Part shown: piece after piece, positions 1 through 9,326 of the stretch | Position numbering within the stretch: position 1 is the stretch's first letter | Layout of the letters: every line of letters starts with the position of its first letter | Virus record (IMG/VR): IMGVR_UViG_3300020045_002203 | Coordinates: 1-24,300 of that record | Length of the DNA: 24,300 bases | Direction: 5' to 3' (one strand) | Origin: a virus | Lineage: Duplodnaviria > Caudoviricetes | Notes under the pieces: model-generated | The model's database searches: none | Seen by the model: only the letters and a program-made list of their open reading frames with translations | Told to the model about the DNA's origin: nothing | Position numbers and translations under genes: made by a program

Positions 1-873
1 TTCAAGGGCAAGGCTTGGGATAACATTAACATTGGTTCATGGGTTCCGATAGATCATGCTGGCATTACTGCCGGTGTTGAGGCTTGGCTTCGCAAAGATA
101 ATGTGACTCCAATTGCTATGGCCCCAAATGGTAAGCGCCTTATGGAAGCCAAAGGTATTGAGTGCGAGTATGTACCTCATGGAATTGATACCAAGATTTT
201 TAAGCCGACTGCCAAAATTCAGGGTGTGCCAGTTCGCGAGTTTATGGGTCTAACTGATGAGTTTGTTGTGGGCATGAACAGCGCAAATAAATCTAGCGGC
301 CTAATGCACCGAAAAAGTTTCTCAGAAAATTTACTTGCATTCGCTATTTTTCGCGAGCGCCACCCAGATGCAGTTTTGTATCTACACACCGAGCCTCTTG
401 GCTCTGCCGGTGGTTGGAATCTAATAAATATGCTTCAGGCTTTTGGTATTCCTAAAGAGGCGGTTATGTTTCCACCAATGGTGGATTACAAGTATGGAAT
501 GAGCCAAGAAGATTTGGCAGCTCTTTACTCGGCTATGGATGTTTTGCTTGCACCTGGATTAGGCGAGGGTTTTGGACTTCCAACTGTTGAGGCTCAATCT
601 TGTGGCACTCGAGTTATTGGTTCTAACTGGGCGGCTACCCCTGATCTTGTTGCTGAGGATTCTTGGCTTGTTGAAGGTCAGCCAACTTGGAATGCTGGGC
701 AGAATGCTATTTGGACTGTACCTTTGGTGACCTCTATTGTCAATGCTCTGGAACTGGCGTACAAAGCCGAGCGAGGCCCTAGCCAAATTGCTATGGATTT
801 TGCTAAACAGTTTGATGTGGATACTGTGTGGGATAAGTATTGGTTGCCAGTTATGAAGAAACTTTTGAAGTGA
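1..873 (+). CDS. GT-B fold glycosyltransferase (GT4 / Glycos_transf_1-like), 5'-truncated by the window edge
   Basis: Frame is open from base 1 (FKGKAWDNINIGSWVPIDH...). Contains VPHGID, LYSAMDVLLAP and the GT4 signature EGFGLPTVEAQSCG. Confidence 0.9.
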   Translation, partial: FKGKAWDNINIGSWVPIDHAGITAGVEAWLRKDNVTPIAMAPNGKRLMEAKGIECEYVPHGIDTKIFKPTAKIQGVPVREFMGLTDEFVVGMNSANKSSGLMHRKSFSENLLAFAIFRERHPDAVLYLHTEPLGSAGGWNLINMLQAFGIPKEAVMFPPMVDYKYGMSQEDLAALYSAMDVLLAPGLGEGFGLPTVEAQSCGTRVIGSNWAATPDLVAEDSWLVEGQPTWNAGQNAIWTVPLVTSIVNALELAYKAERGPSQIAMDFAKQFDVDTVWDKYWLPVMKKLLK

Positions 874-1517
874 TACCGGTTCTCGGATTCTGTACCCTAA
901 AGAGGTTTGACCTTGCTGACCGTTTGCTTGCTTCTATTGACTATCCTGTGGAGCATCTTGTTGTGGTTGATAATTCGGGATTACAGACTTGGACTCCAAC
1001 AAAGCCAGACTGTGTTGGGAAGCTTTGGACTATTCGCGTTCCTTTTGGGCTTGGCTTGGTTGGGGCTTGGAATCTAATAGTCAAGTCCACACCTTATGCG
1101 CCTTACTGGGTACTTGTAAATGATGATGCTCATTTTGCACCTGGCGCTTTAGAAACTATTGCCAAAGAGGTAGACACTCAAGCTCTGAACTTCCTAGACA
1201 TTGTTCCTCAATGGTCAGCGGTTGTCTTTGGCGAGGGCATGGTGGAAAAGGTGGGCCTGTATGATGAACGCTTTTATCCGCTCTACTTTGATGACAATGA
1301 CCTAGAGCGCCGAGTAGATAATGCTGGTGTGCCTAAGAAAACTATTCAGGCCAAAGTTCACCATGACAACTCCAGCACTCTAAACTCAGGTTTCCAGCAA
1401 GTAAATGGAAGAACCTATGCGGCTAACATGAGGCTATTTGATGACAAGCAAGCCGATGGTGATTTTAGTCAAGGCGAGTGGAGTCTAAAAGTAAGAAGGG
1501 CTAACCGATGGGATTGA
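870..1517 (+). CDS. GT-A fold glycosyltransferase (GT2-like)
   Basis: VVVDNS, GAWN, LVNDD (DxD-like) and VGLYDERFYPLYFDDND motifs. Start placed at GTG 870, which overlaps the upstream stop (GTGA). Confidence 0.85.
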   Translation: MIPVLGFCTLKRFDLADRLLASIDYPVEHLVVVDNSGLQTWTPTKPDCVGKLWTIRVPFGLGLVGAWNLIVKSTPYAPYWVLVNDDAHFAPGALETIAKEVDTQALNFLDIVPQWSAVVFGEGMVEKVGLYDERFYPLYFDDNDLERRVDNAGVPKKTIQAKVHHDNSSTLNSGFQQVNGRTYAANMRLFDDKQADGDFSQGEWSLKVRRANRWD

Positions 1518-1945
1518 GAGTCTATGCAGGTGGCTCATTCGATCTGTACCACTATGGCCACGCTGACTTCCTAAAGCGCTGTAAAGAACTAGCAGGTGAA
1601 GATGGGGAAGTCTTTGTATCCCTAAACACCGATGAATTTATCAAGGCCTATAAAGGAAAAGGATTGGTGATGAACTATGAGGAAAGACGGAAAGCGCTCT
1701 TGTCTTGTCGCTATGTTGATGGGGTTTTTGCTAATGTGGGCGGGGCTGATTCTACTATCGCTATTGATTTAGTAAACCCTGACCTTATAGTAGTTGGCTC
1801 AGACTGGGCTAGGAAAGATTATTATGCCCAGATGGGCTTTGACCAAGACTGGCTAGATCAGCGAGGGATAGGCCTTTGCTACATTCCTTACACTCAGGGA
1901 ATCAGCTCGACAGACATAAAGAGTCGCTTGCGGTTCGAGCGGTAG
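1508..1945 (+). CDS. Cytidylyltransferase-family nucleotidyltransferase (TagD/RfaE-like)
   Basis: GGSFDLYHYGH (HxGH), VSLNTDEF, GSDW and YTQGISST motifs typical of glycerol-3-phosphate cytidylyltransferase-like enzymes. Confidence 0.9.
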   Translation: MGLRVYAGGSFDLYHYGHADFLKRCKELAGEDGEVFVSLNTDEFIKAYKGKGLVMNYEERRKALLSCRYVDGVFANVGGADSTIAIDLVNPDLIVVGSDWARKDYYAQMGFDQDWLDQRGIGLCYIPYTQGISSTDIKSRLRFER

Positions 1946-1957
1946 AATAGTGTTATG
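1943..1957 (+). promoter_or_regulatory. Putative -10 box for a leaderless transcript (TAGAAT-N6-ATG)
   Basis: ggTAGAATagtgttATG with no Shine-Dalgarno; the same layout recurs at several gene starts. Confidence 0.55.
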
Positions 1958-2554
1958 GCAATCTCAAATGGATACGCAACTCTAGCCGAGGTAAAGGCTG
2001 CTCTTCGCATTACTGACACCATTGATGACAGTTTGCTAGAAATGGCGATTGAGTCTGCCTCTCGCCTGATTGATGCTCATTGTGCGCGCTCTTTTTACAA
2101 TGCTGGAACTGCTGCTCGCTACTTTGTAGCCGACAATGACTATTTGACCAACATTGATGATGCAATCACTATTACTGAGGTTGCAACCGATACTTCAGCC
2201 GATGGAACTTATGATGTTGTCTGGCAAGCAGATGACTACCAACTAGAGCCTCTAAATGGGCGCGTAGACGGCCTTGTATGGCCTTACAACGCCATTAGAG
2301 CAATAGGTGACTACACCTTCCCAATCTGGGGCGGTGAGGGCTTGGTAAAGGTCACAGGCACTTGGGGCTTCTCGGCTATTCCTACCGCTATCAAGCAAGC
2401 AACCATTATTCAGGCAAGCCGAATCTTCAAGCGCCTAGACTCACCGCTTGGTGTTCTATCAAGCCCAGACCTCGGCTTTATCCGAGTTGGCTCACGCCTT
2501 GATCCAGATGTTTCTCAGTTGGTTGATTCTTACAGGATTGTGAAGTTCGCATAG
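1955..2554 (+). CDS. Head-to-tail adaptor (HK97 gp6 / SPP1 gp15-like)
   Basis: N-terminal YATLAEVKAALRI...DDSLLEMAIESASRLID and C-terminal WGFSAIPTAIKQA; first gene of the neck/tail block. Confidence 0.8.
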   Translation: MAISNGYATLAEVKAALRITDTIDDSLLEMAIESASRLIDAHCARSFYNAGTAARYFVADNDYLTNIDDAITITEVATDTSADGTYDVVWQADDYQLEPLNGRVDGLVWPYNAIRAIGDYTFPIWGGEGLVKVTGTWGFSAIPTAIKQATIIQASRIFKRLDSPLGVLSSPDLGFIRVGSRLDPDVSQLVDSYRIVKFA

Positions 2555-2961
2555 TGGCAAGCATTACCGCTATCCGCTCAGGGCTGGCTACCAGGCTGGC
2601 AACAATCACCGGACTTCGCTCAGGCGCAACTATCCCTGACAATGTGAATCCGCCTTATGCGATTATTGCGCCTTCATCTGTGGATTATCACCGAGCTTTT
2701 AACAACGCACTCTCAACCTACAACTTCACAGTCACTTTGGTTGTTGGTCGAGTGTCAGAGCGCACCGCTCAAAACAGTCTTGATGCCTATTGTTCCCCAA
2801 CTGGAACTGGAAGCATTAGGGTAGCCATTGAAGGAGATAAAACCCTCGGGGGAGTTGTCTTTGATACAATAGTTACAGGCATGAGAAACTACGGCTCGGT
2901 CACCATCGGCGAGAATACCTATCTTGCCGCTGAATTCGATATCGCTGTGCAAGCAGACTAA
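2554..2961 (+). CDS. Tail terminator / tail completion protein
   Basis: 135 aa with an N-terminal helix and PPYAII motif, directly before the tail tube gene; assigned mainly by synteny. Confidence 0.6.
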   Translation: MASITAIRSGLATRLATITGLRSGATIPDNVNPPYAIIAPSSVDYHRAFNNALSTYNFTVTLVVGRVSERTAQNSLDAYCSPTGTGSIRVAIEGDKTLGGVVFDTIVTGMRNYGSVTIGENTYLAAEFDIAVQAD

Positions 2962-2978
2962 ACAAAAGGAAAATCACA

Positions 2979-3389
2979 ATGAGTAAAACCGTTGTAACTA
3001 GCCGCTATGTCAGCATTGGCACAGCGGATGTATCATCAGCCCTATCTGGAGCTTCACTCGAGATAACTACTGAGAGCGTGGATAAGACATCTTTGGCCTC
3101 GGGTGGGTGGAGAGAAGTAGCCGCAGGTTTGAAATCTGCATCTGTAACTCTAAACTTCCAGCAAGACTTTGGTGTTGGTGGAGTAGATGCTTTGCTTTAC
3201 CCACTAATCGGAACAGAGGCTACTGTCACTATCCGCAGCTCGAGCGCAACTGTAAGCGCCACAAATCCTGCCTATTCGGGAGTATTTTTGGTGAATGGCT
3301 TCTCTCCAATCGCCGGATCAGTAGGCGATTTGGCTACATTCGATGTGACCTGGGAGTCAGTCGGGGCAATTAGCCGAGCTACAGCCTAA
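2979..3389 (+). CDS. Major tail tube protein
   Basis: 136 aa beta-rich protein (DKTSL..GWRE..AGLKS, SATNPAYSG, GSVGDLATFDVTW); SD AAGGA upstream; precedes the chaperone. Confidence 0.8.
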   Translation: MSKTVVTSRYVSIGTADVSSALSGASLEITTESVDKTSLASGGWREVAAGLKSASVTLNFQQDFGVGGVDALLYPLIGTEATVTIRSSSATVSATNPAYSGVFLVNGFSPIAGSVGDLATFDVTWESVGAISRATA

Positions 3390-3409
3390 TTACTAAATAA
3401 GGATAAACA

Positions 3410-3661
3410 ATGAAAATCAACCTACGCATCCTATTCCTTGATGGCAACAGCAAGGAAATCACCTGCTCTGCTTCAGACCTTGTAAAGTTTGAAGACAAGT
3501 TCAACATCTCAGTAAGCCGAATCCAGGAAGAAGTGCGAATCACTCACCTTCTGTTCTTGGCTTGGGCTTCTGAGAACCGCACCAAAGCAACCGCTCTGGA
3601 CTTTGATGCTTGGACTGAAACAGTTGAGTCTGTTGGAGCGAGTGAACTAGACCCAAAATAG
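3410..3661 (+). CDS. Tail assembly chaperone (gpG-like)
   Basis: Follows the tail tube gene; ends in GAC CCA AAA TAG (...DPK*), which contains a slippery heptamer. Confidence 0.8.
   Translation: MKINLRILFLDGNSKEITCSASDLVKFEDKFNISVSRIQEEVRITHLLFLAWASENRTKATALDFDAWTETVESVGASELDPK
3652..3658 (+). promoter_or_regulatory. -1 programmed ribosomal frameshift site C CCA AAA
   Basis: X XXY YYZ heptamer in the correct phase just before the stop, with an open -1 frame continuing 51 codons. Confidence 0.8.
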
Positions 3662-3813
3662 TTGGGCTTGGCGATTCATCAAGTCATTGGTACATCGCCA
3701 GCCTCGCTGTTGAAACTGGTATTGCACCTTCAGCTCTTATGGCTGAGTCAGACCGGATGTTGTGGACTATGGGCAGGTATCTTGTCTACCGGTCACAACA
3801 GATGAACAAATAG
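3658..3813 (+). CDS. Tail assembly chaperone frameshift extension (gpT part of gpGT)
   Basis: -1 frame reads IVGLGDSSSHWYIASLAVETGIAPSALMAESDRMLWTMGRYLVYRSQQMNK*; no own start or SD at its 5' end. Not in the ORF track. Confidence 0.75.
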   Translation: MVGLGDSSSHWYIASLAVETGIAPSALMAESDRMLWTMGRYLVYRSQQMNK

Positions 3814-3814
3814 A

Positions 3815-3844
3815 AAGACCCCCGACTACGCATCGGGGGCTTTT
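3815..3844 (+). terminator. Intrinsic terminator
   Basis: CCCCCGA-ctacgca-TCGGGGG 7-bp stem followed by CTTTT. Confidence 0.75.
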
Positions 3845-3855
3845 CGCTTCTAAGG

Positions 3856-3871
3856 TAGAATTGAACCTATG
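3856..3871 (+). promoter_or_regulatory. Putative -10 box for a leaderless transcript (TAGAAT-N7-ATG)
   Basis: ggTAGAATtgaacctATG immediately after the terminator; no SD. Confidence 0.6.
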
Positions 3872-4450
3872 GCTGATGAAATTGTGAAGTTCTATGGTGT
3901 GAAAGAAACCATTAGAGAGATGCGCAAATTCGAGCCAGAGATGCTAAAGGATTTGCGAAAGAACATTCGCCAAATTACTTTGCCAGCAGTATCAGCAATA
4001 AAAAGTAATTCTCCAAAAGTTGCACCTTTATCTGGTATGGCTGGAAATGGGCGAACCGCCTACACAACTCCTAAAGTAAATATTCGCATTACTCCAAGTG
4101 CAAAGTCATTTGGCTTTGGTTCAACTACCTCTAATCTTGTTTCTATAACAGCAACAGGCTCGGGCAATCAAGTTGGTTTTGATATTGCGGATATGGCTGG
4201 CCGAGGCCCTGGTGGCGGACAATATGCGCGAACAAGGCCTTTTATTGATCCTAGAACTGGCGCAACTGTTCGCAGAAAAATCAATGGTCAAGGTAAGAAT
4301 TTGATTGAGGTTTTGAATCAACGCAGTAAGAAATCACCATCAAGATATGTCTATGGTGGGCTTGAAGATAAGTTGCCAGCAATTAGAGCAGAAGTAGCAA
4401 AAGTCATTGGAAAAACTATGGATGACTTTAGCAGAAGGTTGAGAAAATAA
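3869..4450 (+). CDS. Basic neck/tail completion protein (HK97 gp10-like)
   Basis: Lys/Arg-rich; N-terminal VKFYGVKETIREMRKF and C-terminal SRYVY...helix resemble gp10-like proteins; lies in the tail block. Confidence 0.5.
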   Translation: MADEIVKFYGVKETIREMRKFEPEMLKDLRKNIRQITLPAVSAIKSNSPKVAPLSGMAGNGRTAYTTPKVNIRITPSAKSFGFGSTTSNLVSITATGSGNQVGFDIADMAGRGPGGGQYARTRPFIDPRTGATVRRKINGQGKNLIEVLNQRSKKSPSRYVYGGLEDKLPAIRAEVAKVIGKTMDDFSRRLRK

Positions 4451-6681
4451 TGGCAATCAAGGCGATAATTGCTACCCAGTTCGATGCAACTGGTATCAAG
4501 AACGCAACTAAAGAATTTGACAAACTTGGCAAAGGGCTAAGAAACACCCTTGGTGCTGTTGGTTTAGGTGTCGGTCTTGCTGCCATTACTAATGGACTAA
4601 AGGAATCTGCTAAAGCCGCTGTTAGCGATGTCAAGAGCCAGGTACTTCTAGCCCAGCAACTTCGCAACACTCTTGGTGCAACTGATGAGGCCATTGCTGG
4701 TTCAGAAGAGTTCATCAAGAAACTTATGCTTCAAACAAGCATTGCCGATGACCAACTCCGCCCAGCCCTTTCTAAACTTGCTGTTGCAACTGGTGATGTA
4801 AGTTCCGCTCAAACTTTGCTTGCATTAGCGACAGACATTTCTGCTGCCGGTTATGGTGACCTTGAATCGGTATCTAAGGCATTGGGTAAAGCTGCTGCTG
4901 GCAATACAACAACACTATTCAAACTTATTCCATCTCTAAAAGGTTCTGCTGATTGGGCAAAGCAAGCAACCCTTGAGTTTGGTGGCATGGCTGAGGCTGC
5001 CGCAAACAATGATCCTTTCCAGCGCATCAACATCATTATGGGTGAGATGCAGGAAACAATTGGTATGGCACTCTTGCCAACCCTGAATCAGTTCGCTGCT
5101 TGGTTTGCTTCACCTGAAGGTCAGGCAAAGGTTCAAGAATTTGTAGATGTCATTGTTGGTGCTATCAAGGTGCTTGTTGATTTTGCTAACTTTGTATCTG
5201 CCAACATTGATGTATTTACAGATTTGGCTATTGGTATCGGTGGCACAACTATTGCTATCGGTCTATTCAACCTGGCACTAAATACAAACCCTATCTTCCT
5301 ATTTATTGGCGCTCTTGGTGCGCTGGCAACTGCCCTGCAAGCCTTACAGCCAAACATCAATGCTGCTGCTAATGGAGTGCCAACCGCTGTAAACCGAGCC
5401 GCTTCAAAGGTTGGACAAGCCGCCTATGAAAAGGCTCTGCGCGACCCTAAGAACTTTGAGCAAACCTCGACTGGGCCGAAGCTAAAGACTGGTGCGGCTA
5501 TGGTTGCCGAGCAAGCCAGAATGAAGGCTTTCCAAGCTGAGATTGACAAATACAAGGCTAGTATCAAAGAGGCTGACAAGGCAGCACTAAATACAAAGTC
5601 AAACTCGCCATTTGTTCCCTCTACCTCAACTGGTGGATCAAAGGGTAAATCAAAGGCTGATGTTGCTCTTGAAAAAGCACAAAAAGCTCTTGATGGCTTC
5701 AAAACTTCACTAAGAGGTATGGCTGACTTTTCTGCTCTTACCAGTATTGAAAAAGAAGTTGGCGATTTCCAGAAATCAGTTATTGATTCTTTTGCACAGA
5801 TTTACAACAAGATTGCTGAGATGCCAGCCAAGACTAAGGGTCTTGACAAACTTCGCAACTTCCTAAAAGCCGAGCAAGCAATCCTTGAAGAAAATGCCCG
5901 CCAGCGCGATGCAGTAATCAAGAAGCGCTCACTTGCTCAAGCAATTATTGATGATGTCCGCTCTAGCCTTATGGGAACTGGCAACCTTGCCAGTCTTATG
6001 GAAGATCAGACTAAGTCAGTCACAACTACAGTCAGCAAGATTGTTGATGGCTTTACTGTTACCACTAAGCGTACAGTAGATGAGGTTGTTGGCGCTAAGG
6101 GTGTCATTGGCCGACTAAAAGATGTAGTTGCTAAGACTAAAGCCTTCGCGACTCAACTAACTGACCTAAAGGCGCTAGGGCTAAACCCTAACCTATTCAA
6201 GCAGATTGTTGATGCTGGCCCAGAAGTAGGTGGCGAACTTGCTAAGGAAATCCTTACCGGTGGCTCAGATTCAGTAAAAGCGCTAAACAACACCTTCAGC
6301 GAGCTAGAGAAGGTCACAGCCGAAGTATCGGAACAGACCGCAACAGTTATGCTTGAGGCTGGCGCAAAGATTGGTAGCGCACTTGTAGATGGGCTTTTGG
6401 CTGAAGAAGAGCGCCTAGTAAATGCTGCAAAGCAACTGGCTGATGCATTCAACAAGGCATATCAAGAAAACATTATGGCGCTATCTGTTCCAGATGCTCC
6501 AGCCGTCACACCAAAGGTAACTGCTAAGACAACAGTTATTGCTCCAAAGGTGACTATCAAGGCAACACCTCAGACCAAGACCGATGCTCAAAAGGCGGTA
6601 GCAACCATCAACAAGTATTACGCTGCTAACCCAACAGCAATCAAGCCAAGCGCCAACCCGAACTTCTACGCTCATGCCTGA
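4450..6681 (+). CDS. Tape measure protein
   Basis: Longest ORF (743 aa), Ala/Lys-rich and helical with a hydrophobic mid-segment; downstream of the G/GT chaperones. Confidence 0.9.
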   Translation: MAIKAIIATQFDATGIKNATKEFDKLGKGLRNTLGAVGLGVGLAAITNGLKESAKAAVSDVKSQVLLAQQLRNTLGATDEAIAGSEEFIKKLMLQTSIADDQLRPALSKLAVATGDVSSAQTLLALATDISAAGYGDLESVSKALGKAAAGNTTTLFKLIPSLKGSADWAKQATLEFGGMAEAAANNDPFQRINIIMGEMQETIGMALLPTLNQFAAWFASPEGQAKVQEFVDVIVGAIKVLVDFANFVSANIDVFTDLAIGIGGTTIAIGLFNLALNTNPIFLFIGALGALATALQALQPNINAAANGVPTAVNRAASKVGQAAYEKALRDPKNFEQTSTGPKLKTGAAMVAEQARMKAFQAEIDKYKASIKEADKAALNTKSNSPFVPSTSTGGSKGKSKADVALEKAQKALDGFKTSLRGMADFSALTSIEKEVGDFQKSVIDSFAQIYNKIAEMPAKTKGLDKLRNFLKAEQAILEENARQRDAVIKKRSLAQAIIDDVRSSLMGTGNLASLMEDQTKSVTTTVSKIVDGFTVTTKRTVDEVVGAKGVIGRLKDVVAKTKAFATQLTDLKALGLNPNLFKQIVDAGPEVGGELAKEILTGGSDSVKALNNTFSELEKVTAEVSEQTATVMLEAGAKIGSALVDGLLAEEERLVNAAKQLADAFNKAYQENIMALSVPDAPAVTPKVTAKTTVIAPKVTIKATPQTKTDAQKAVATINKYYAANPTAIKPSANPNFYAHA

Positions 6682-7897
6682 TCAGTTAGTTGAAATCGGT
6701 TTTGACCTAGTTCTCCCAACTGGGCCATTCTTTACTCTTGATGACCCAATCAAAGGGCAGTTAGACAACACAACCTATACCCTTGCCGGTTTTCAGTATT
6801 ATGACATCACAAACTATGTGACCAGTATTGAAGTGACCCGAGGTAAGTCCGATGACATTGCCACCATCTCTTCTGGAGAACTGGTTGTCGAGCTGAATAA
6901 CCGCACCCGAGCATTTGACCCAACCTATGAGGCTGGGCCTTACTTTGGGCAGATTATCCCTAAGCGCCTAGTTCGCTACTCAGTAAATGGAATCCAGCAA
7001 TACCAGGGAGTTCTAGATGACTGGGGTCTAAACTACACACCTGATGGCGATGCGGTTGCCAACTTTGTGGCCTCAGATGGCTTTGTGTACCTAAACAACC
7101 AGACCTTAGCGGCAGGAACAGCAACCCCTCAACTATCAGGCGCTCGAGTATCTGAAATCCTAGATAATGAGTTTGTCCAATGGCCGACAGATCAGCGCGA
7201 CATTGACCCAGGCTCAGTAACCCTCGGTGCTAACCCAGTAGATGAAGGTCAGCCGGTTCTAAGTTACTTGCAAGCAATTGAGCAGTCAGAGCTTGGATTG
7301 TTCTTTATTGACAAGACTGGCAAGGCAACCTTTAGGGATAGAACTCACAGCCCAATTACCACAGACCTTGTAAAGTTTGCCGATGATGGCACAGGCATTT
7401 CCTACCAGAATCTTCTAATCTCTTATGGGTCGGAAGACTTGGTAAATGAGGTTGTATCCACCTCGGTCATTACAACCACCGAAACAACCAGTATTGATGA
7501 GGCCTCGCAAGAAGAGTTCGGTATCTTCAATGCCACTTTCCCTGACTTGCTTCTTAGCACCGATGAGCAGGTAGCGGTTTACAACTCAACCCTCTTGGCT
7601 AAATACTCTCAGCCGGTCTACCGCTTCAGTGAACTAGAAGTGCGACTAAATGACCTAAGCGAAGCCGACCAGAATGCTGTGCTAAACCTAGAACTAGGTG
7701 ACTTTGTGCAGGTGGTTTTCACACCTAGCAACCTACCGCCAGCAATCAACAAATATGCAGCGGTGATCCGAGCCAACCACTCAGTAGACATCTCAGGCGA
7801 ACACATTGTGACCCTCGGGCTAAATACCCTAAACTTTACCTATCTAATCCTCGATGACACCATCTTTGGTAAACTAGATGAAGGCTCACTAAGCTAA
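6674..7897 (+). CDS. Tail tip / baseplate hub-type minor tail protein
   Basis: Acidic 407-aa protein straight after the TMP; DITNYV.SIEVTRG, LFFIDKTGKATFRDR and LELGD motifs. Confidence 0.65.
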   Translation: MPDQLVEIGFDLVLPTGPFFTLDDPIKGQLDNTTYTLAGFQYYDITNYVTSIEVTRGKSDDIATISSGELVVELNNRTRAFDPTYEAGPYFGQIIPKRLVRYSVNGIQQYQGVLDDWGLNYTPDGDAVANFVASDGFVYLNNQTLAAGTATPQLSGARVSEILDNEFVQWPTDQRDIDPGSVTLGANPVDEGQPVLSYLQAIEQSELGLFFIDKTGKATFRDRTHSPITTDLVKFADDGTGISYQNLLISYGSEDLVNEVVSTSVITTTETTSIDEASQEEFGIFNATFPDLLLSTDEQVAVYNSTLLAKYSQPVYRFSELEVRLNDLSEADQNAVLNLELGDFVQVVFTPSNLPPAINKYAAVIRANHSVDISGEHIVTLGLNTLNFTYLILDDTIFGKLDEGSLS

Positions 7898-7904
7898 GGA
7901 AATC

Positions 7905-8297
7905 ATGGCAGTCAGAAAAACTTTTACCGCAACCGAGGTTCTTACAGCGGCCAACACTAACCTGTATCTTTACAACAGGCCAGATGTCACCTCTTCAACC
8001 GCTACCGCTTACACAGCGACCACTAGCGATGTAAACAAGACCCTTCAGTTCACCGCTGCTTCTGCTGTGACTGTGACCATTTCTACCGCAACCGCCCTGG
8101 TTGCTGGTGAGGTTTTCAATGTTCTCCGCGATGGTGCTGGAACTGTTACTGTAACCGCTGCTTCAACTGCTGTGACTATCAAGGGTCGCGGAACAGCGGC
8201 TACTAACTATGCCATTGGCACACAATATGACATGATCTCGGTGCAATGTGTGGGAACTAATGATTACCGTGTTATCGGAAATGCTACTGCCAGCTAA
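7905..8297 (+). CDS. Minor tail / fibre-associated protein
   Basis: N-terminal KTFTATEVLTAANTNLYL anchor-type motif; Thr/Ala-rich beta content. Confidence 0.6.
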   Translation: MAVRKTFTATEVLTAANTNLYLYNRPDVTSSTATAYTATTSDVNKTLQFTAASAVTVTISTATALVAGEVFNVLRDGAGTVTVTAASTAVTIKGRGTAATNYAIGTQYDMISVQCVGTNDYRVIGNATAS

Positions 8298-8836
8298 TGC
8301 TTATTCCTTTTGGTGTTTTTAGTGCTGGAGTTAGTGCTGGGCCAACTAACTCTTTTGAGTTGATTAGCACTACAATTCTTGGTTCAACATCCTCAATCAT
8401 AAGTTTTACATCTATCCCATCAACTTATAAACATCTTCAAATTCGCTTTGCTCAGGTGGCTTCTGCTGGTAATGCTGGTTCTGCTATGAGTTTGACTTTT
8501 AACAGTGTTGGTGGAACTTCTTATGCTTATCACTGGCTTGTAGGTTCTGGTAGTTCAGTTTCTTCCGGAGCATCACCTGCTAGTCAGTCAATTATGAAAG
8601 TATTTGGTGAAATTGTGGGTACAGATACTACTAAGCCAACTGTCGGAATTATTGACATTTTTGATTATGCAAATACAACAACAAATAAAACAGTTAGGGC
8701 TTTTGCTGGTATTGCCACAGGTGAAGTTTCTTTGCACTCTGGAGTATTTATGAATACATCGGCTATTTCATCTTTGACTCTTGGTTCTCCAAGTGCTATT
8801 GGTAGCCGTTTTAGTCTTTATGGAATCAAGGGATAA
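8297..8836 (+). CDS. Putative tail fibre / receptor-binding subunit, paralogue 1
   Basis: LISTTILGS...FTSIPSTYKHLQIR...DYANTTTNKT...NTSAISSL...FSLYGI; shares these motifs with the next two genes. Confidence 0.55.
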   Translation: MLIPFGVFSAGVSAGPTNSFELISTTILGSTSSIISFTSIPSTYKHLQIRFAQVASAGNAGSAMSLTFNSVGGTSYAYHWLVGSGSSVSSGASPASQSIMKVFGEIVGTDTTKPTVGIIDIFDYANTTTNKTVRAFAGIATGEVSLHSGVFMNTSAISSLTLGSPSAIGSRFSLYGIKG

Positions 8837-8838
8837 TA

Positions 8839-9324
8839 ATGCCAACACCTACTTATACACCGCTGGCTAACATTACCCTTGGCTCAAGTGCTAACCCAGT
8901 TACTTTTTCAAGCATTAGCCAGTCTTATAAAGATTTAGTACTTGTTATTACTGGAAATATAGATGCTTCCGGTGCCACTATGGTTCGATTTAATTTGGAT
9001 TCTGGTTCTAATTATTCATATGTTCTTATGCAGGGTAACGGCTCGACAACTTTTTCAACTTCTGTTTCAACTAACCTAATTTATACAGGGGTTATGCCAA
9101 ATTCGACAACAAATGTCAGCACTTATACTGTGCAAATTATGGATTACTCAGCAACGGATAAGCATAAAACAGCTCTTGTTAGGTCTAGTGATTCAGCCAA
9201 CTTGGTTCATGCAATAGCGGGGCGTTGGGCAAATACCTCTGCTATTACAACTATTGAAGTATATGGTTCGGGTGCAAGTTTTCGGGCTGGAACAACAATG
9301 GCTCTTTATGGGATTGCGGCTTAA
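8839..9324 (+). CDS. Putative tail fibre / receptor-binding subunit, paralogue 2
   Basis: LANITLGS...FSSISQSYKDLVL...DYSATDKHKT...WANTSAITTI...MALYGI. Confidence 0.55.
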   Translation: MPTPTYTPLANITLGSSANPVTFSSISQSYKDLVLVITGNIDASGATMVRFNLDSGSNYSYVLMQGNGSTTFSTSVSTNLIYTGVMPNSTTNVSTYTVQIMDYSATDKHKTALVRSSDSANLVHAIAGRWANTSAITTIEVYGSGASFRAGTTMALYGIAA

Positions 9325-9326
9325 TT

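Noticed and set aside
4121-6675. Multiple minus-strand ORFs within the gp10-like and tape measure genes
   Set aside because: No SD or motifs; explained by + strand codon bias.
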